Source of the DNA: an uncultured Gammaproteobacteria bacterium
Lineage (GTDB): Bacteria > Pseudomonadota > Gammaproteobacteria > JAURND01
Direction of reading: 5' to 3'
Length of the DNA: 64,000 bases
Assembly (NCBI GenBank): GCA_963714975.1
Contig: CAVQQD010000003.1
Location: forward strand, 416,001 to 480,000
Shown: positions 62,704 to 64,000 of the stretch, piece after piece
How positions within the stretch are numbered: position 1 is the first letter of the stretch
How the letters are laid out: the number at the start of each line of letters is the position of its first letter
Notes under the pieces: generated by a model
Seen by the model: only the letters and a program-made list of their open reading frames with translations
What the model was told of the DNA's origin: nothing
Databases searched by the model: none
Translations under genes and position numbers: made by a program

Positions 62704-64000
62704 ATGAATTTAAATATTTGTTTAGCCCTTGCTCAGTTAAGATATTTTGTGCTTGTTGCCAAGAAATATTTTTCTGCTGCTTAAGAGATTCTAAAATTCG
62801 CACTATGGATAGACCTACAGGAGAGAAAGAAAAACCTGTATTAGTTTTTTGTTCATAATCTATGGCATCGAATAACACAGCATTTGCGTCTGCAAAACTG
62901 ATGGGGGCTATTTTCCCATAGTTCTTTATCCAAAAAAAATTCGTGAGGCTAGTATTCACATGGAGCTGAATAAGATAAGTTGCTCGCCCAATTAATTTTA
63001 AATTGCTGGGCCTGACATCCGTCATCGTATTACCCACTACTCGACCGAGTTTTGCCATCACTGCAGTGGAATGAGCATTAAGTAACATTTTAAGACCAAT
63101 GATTTGATTGAGTCCAAACGCGTCCGCTTGTGGAATCAATACCTGCAAGAAAGCTGTTTTGGTTTTAAGATACTTAAACGCATCAATTTGCGCGGTAGGC
63201 AAAGATTTTGGCGCAACTGAAATTAGCGCTAAATTTGCTTTGGCTTTGAGGAATAACTGTAACCACTCGTTATAACGTGTTGGAAGAGGTTCATTTGATA
63301 ATAAAATTATCACTCCTAAATCACCGACTGTAGGTCCATTTTGTTGCTGGTTATTTGAGGAAAAAGATAAATCATATAAATTTTGTTGTTCTTCCCCGGC
63401 ATTGCTTAGGCTTCTTAGAGCAGCTTGTTTTAAATAGGGATCTTCGATTTGATTAAATGACTCATGATAAAATTCTGCTTTCAACCCGTGAAAGGGACGC
63501 CCTAAGAGCATTTGCCATGCTTCTGCTGTGGTGGTAATGGGAGACCACACTTGAATCCAGGATAACTTTTCTTTGGCATTGGCTGGGTCTAAAGGTTTTA
63601 AATTAAAGGTAGGTGCCCGTTCAGTCACATCGACAAAAACTGGTAACAGTGCTTGTTGTGCTAAATAAATAGAGCGATTATGCTGCGCATACGTTTCAGC
63701 CTCCAGTTCTGTCCATGGTGCTATTTGTGCAGCCGAATTGTAAATATGTTGTTGAATAACAGCAAAATCTAATAATCGCTGTTTGATAGTCTTGGATTCA
63801 TCAAAACCTAACCGTTTGAGTTGCGTTAGTGAAAGATAATGTTGCAGGATGTGGTGAATAGCATCTTCTAAAATAATACCACTAACGTATAGGCTTGTAG
63901 TGGTAGCCTGCATCCGTGTTGAACCACTGATCGCTTGCGGACCCGTAGTGAGATTAATTTTTTTAATTAGAGGGTTATCAAGGACTGCTCTGCTTCTATC
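62687..64000 (-). CDS. SIS-domain protein, MurQ/glucokinase-regulatory-protein-like, 5'-partial
   Basis: Frame open to the window end: GPQAISGSTRMQATT, LKMLLNAHST, MTDVRPSNLKLIGRA. Confidence 0.75.
   Translation of the reverse strand, partial: DRSRAVLDNPLIKKINLTTGPQAISGSTRMQATTTSLYVSGIILEDAIHHILQHYLSLTQLKRLGFDESKTIKQRLLDFAVIQQHIYNSAAQIAPWTELEAETYAQHNRSIYLAQQALLPVFVDVTERAPTFNLKPLDPANAKEKLSWIQVWSPITTTAEAWQMLLGRPFHGLKAEFYHESFNQIEDPYLKQAALRSLSNAGEEQQNLYDLSFSSNNQQQNGPTVGDLGVIILLSNEPLPTRYNEWLQLFLKAKANLALISVAPKSLPTAQIDAFKYLKTKTAFLQVLIPQADAFGLNQIIGLKMLLNAHSTAVMAKLGRVVGNTMTDVRPSNLKLIGRATYLIQLHVNTSLTNFFWIKNYGKIAPISFADANAVLFDAIDYEQKTNTGFSFSPVGLSIVRILESLKQQKNISWQQAQNILTEQGLNKYLNSFSGNQ

Overview
This 64-kb window looks like the chromosome of a Legionellales/Coxiellaceae-like gammaproteobacterium, inferred from gene content and order (Coxiella-like thiC-thiO-thiS-thiG-thiDE, rpn, orphan membrane proteins). 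Housekeeping blocks are rluC, thi, chaA, sbcB, a treS-mak/malQ/glgB/treZ/GH57/treY cluster, gmhB, heme-A/cytochrome oxidase assembly genes, dut, radC, higBA, yggT-proC-pckA, yqgE-ruvX-pyrB and cbpA-cbpM. They are interspersed with at least five families of short palindromic repeats, several fused into protein-coding sequence. Mobile DNA comprises an IS4 element (18-bp IRs, 11-bp TSD, nonsense mutation) inside an rpn gene, two IS110 elements and a tnpA-less IS200/IS605 tnpB element. Highlights: (1) both IS110 elements carry bridge-RNA guide segments that can be read directly from the sequence; one (CT core) is programmed against the right end/omegaRNA of the tnpB element and sits inside it, the other (AT core) is programmed against the terminus of a host repeat family; (2) a ~700-bp module present twice (promoter, hairpins, 73/74-aa leader ORF with a conserved antisense promoter, long attenuator-like hairpin, lone receiver domain), followed in the intact copy by rpn; (3) a ycaO-tfuA-thiopurine methyltransferase cluster with no visible precursor peptide; (4) a umuD-like gene divergent from an XRE/S24-like gene with a palindromic operator between them. 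No rRNA, tRNA or CRISPR array was seen. All family calls come from motif recognition by eye, not database searches.
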